From: Mobula hypostoma
Taxonomy: Eukaryota
Assembly: GCF_963921235.1 (NCBI RefSeq)
Contig: NC_086107.1
Location: 103,356,001-103,420,000, forward strand
DNA: 64,000 nt
Direction: 5' to 3'
Part shown: positions 62,502-64,000 of the stretch, piece by piece
Position numbering within the stretch: position 1 is the first letter of the stretch
Layout: every line of letters begins with the position of its first letter
Position numbers and translations under genes: made by a program
The notes under the pieces: generated by a model
The model's input: only the letters and a program-made list of their open reading frames with translations
What the model was told of the DNA's origin: nothing
The model's database searches: none

Positions 62502-62817
62502 AAATAAGGCATCCGTTAGTCTTGCGAGACCATGGATCTGCGCCTGGAAAGTCTTCACTCTCCAGGGCGCAGGCCTGGACAAGGTTGTATGGAAGACCAG
62601 CAGTTGCCCATGCTTCAAGTCTCCCCTCTCCATGACACCAATGTTGTCCTAGGGAAGGGCATTAGGACCCATACAGCTTGGCACCAGTGTCATCGCAGAG
62701 CAATGTGTGATTAAGTGCCTTGCTCAAGGACACAACACGTTGCCTCGGCTGGGGCTCATACTCACGACCTTCAGGTAGCTGGTCCAATGCCTTAACCACC
62801 TGGCTACCTGCCCACAC
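62502..62817 (-). mobile_element. Young tRNA-derived SINE (family A) with 11-bp TSD
   Basis: atctctgtgta at 62491-62501 and 62818-62828. Confidence 0.92.
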
Positions 62818-63859
62818 ATCTCTGTGTAGTGTATAGTAATATATATATACTTTGATATTTGAACTTTTGTATTAGTTGACTTGTGTTGGACCTGCCCCTC
62901 GGTTTTTTGCACTATCTTACTTTCTCTTTTCTATTTTCTATTCATGATTTATAATTTAAATTTTTAATATTTACTATCAATTTGTACTTCAGGGAGCGTG
63001 AAGCGCAGTATCAAATATCGCTATGATGATTGTACGCTCTAGTATCAATTGTTCGGCGACAAAGTATTGGTTATTACTCCTATCCACAGTGAAACTATTG
63101 GATAAACAGAACAGCATATTTTTGTGTAATACCAGGGGTCTTTTTAATTACAATGCAAATACTTTGCTGTGTCTTGCCATGGCCCAAGTGTAAATGTAGA
63201 AAAGTACTTCAGAAATTTGCATGCATTAGTGCAGAGTAAATGCTAATTAAATTGCAATCCTAGTGTTTTGAAACTCTTGCTCTTTGGTAGATGTCACTGG
63301 AAGCAGGACAAACTTTTTAAACTGACAATCCTCCCCAATAAGCGCCACGATTTTCCCTTGAATGGTTTTCTTAGAATTTCCTTTGTTACTAGAAAAATGT
63401 CCATAATGTATGTGCTAGAGGCAGGTACATACAGGACGTTTAAGAAACTGTTAAATTAGGCATGTGGATGAAAGAAAAATAGAGAGCTATGTAGGAGGGA
63501 AAGGTTGGCACAGCATTGTAAGTTGTTTCTTAATATCAAGGAAAAGAATTATAGGTGTTAAAACCTGTAAAATTGCTAAGGCCACTTCTAATAGACATCA
63601 AGCTTAAAAAAAAGTTTGTAATTTTTAATAACTGGAAACATTTAATGTTACTGAATTCAGGTGATGTTTGTGCCTGATCATTATTAACTCAATCACTGTA
63701 AAAAATTTTTTCATCTACCCAAAGGAATTTCTTTTTAAGACTCCTGGTAACTGCATGACTTTTAAGAAATGCAGCCTTAACCCGTGTTATCTCTCAATTT
63801 AAATCTTAATTCAGTCATCATTTAAACAGACCTTTTTTGCATTTCTTCCTGAGGCTAAT

Positions 63860-64000
63860 ACATTCAAAGGCCACTTTGTGTATGTTCATGGTCTTAGGCA
63901 GTAGCCCAATACTCTTCTGCACACCACTGTTGTAATGCGTGGTTATTTAAGTTACTGTCACTTTCCTGTCAGCTTGAACCAGTCTGGCCATTCTCCTCTG
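63860..64000 (-). mobile_element. Tc1-like fragment, same family as 49095-49652
   Basis: Reverse complement of cagaggagaatggccagactggttcaagctgacaggaa. Confidence 0.8.

Overview
Repeat-dense vertebrate genomic DNA, most likely from a cartilaginous fish. This is inferred from the repeat mix: CR1, Rex1/Babar, Tx1 and RTE LINEs, GIY-YIG Penelope-like elements (PLEs), V-SINE and tRNA SINEs, Tc1 and Tigger relics. A CCAAT/E2F/GC-box-rich promoter at about 18.4-18.9 kb appears to start an unidentified + strand gene (candidate exons end at 18936, start at 33479, and span 49724-49787). It may also drive a divergent minus-strand spliced transcript. The only long ORF is a near-intact, full-length CR1 LINE (42622-47165, minus). 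Most notable signals: (1) a U_UUA_AAC slippery heptamer placed at the CR1 ORF1 stop with ORF2 in the -1 frame; (2) about 14 PLE-borne minimal hammerhead ribozyme motifs, 8 with intact cores; (3) recurrent TSD-flanked fold-back PLE insertions. Most entries in the ORF track are repeat-derived or chance ORFs. Boundaries of old repeats are approximate, and family names come from motif recognition, not database searches.
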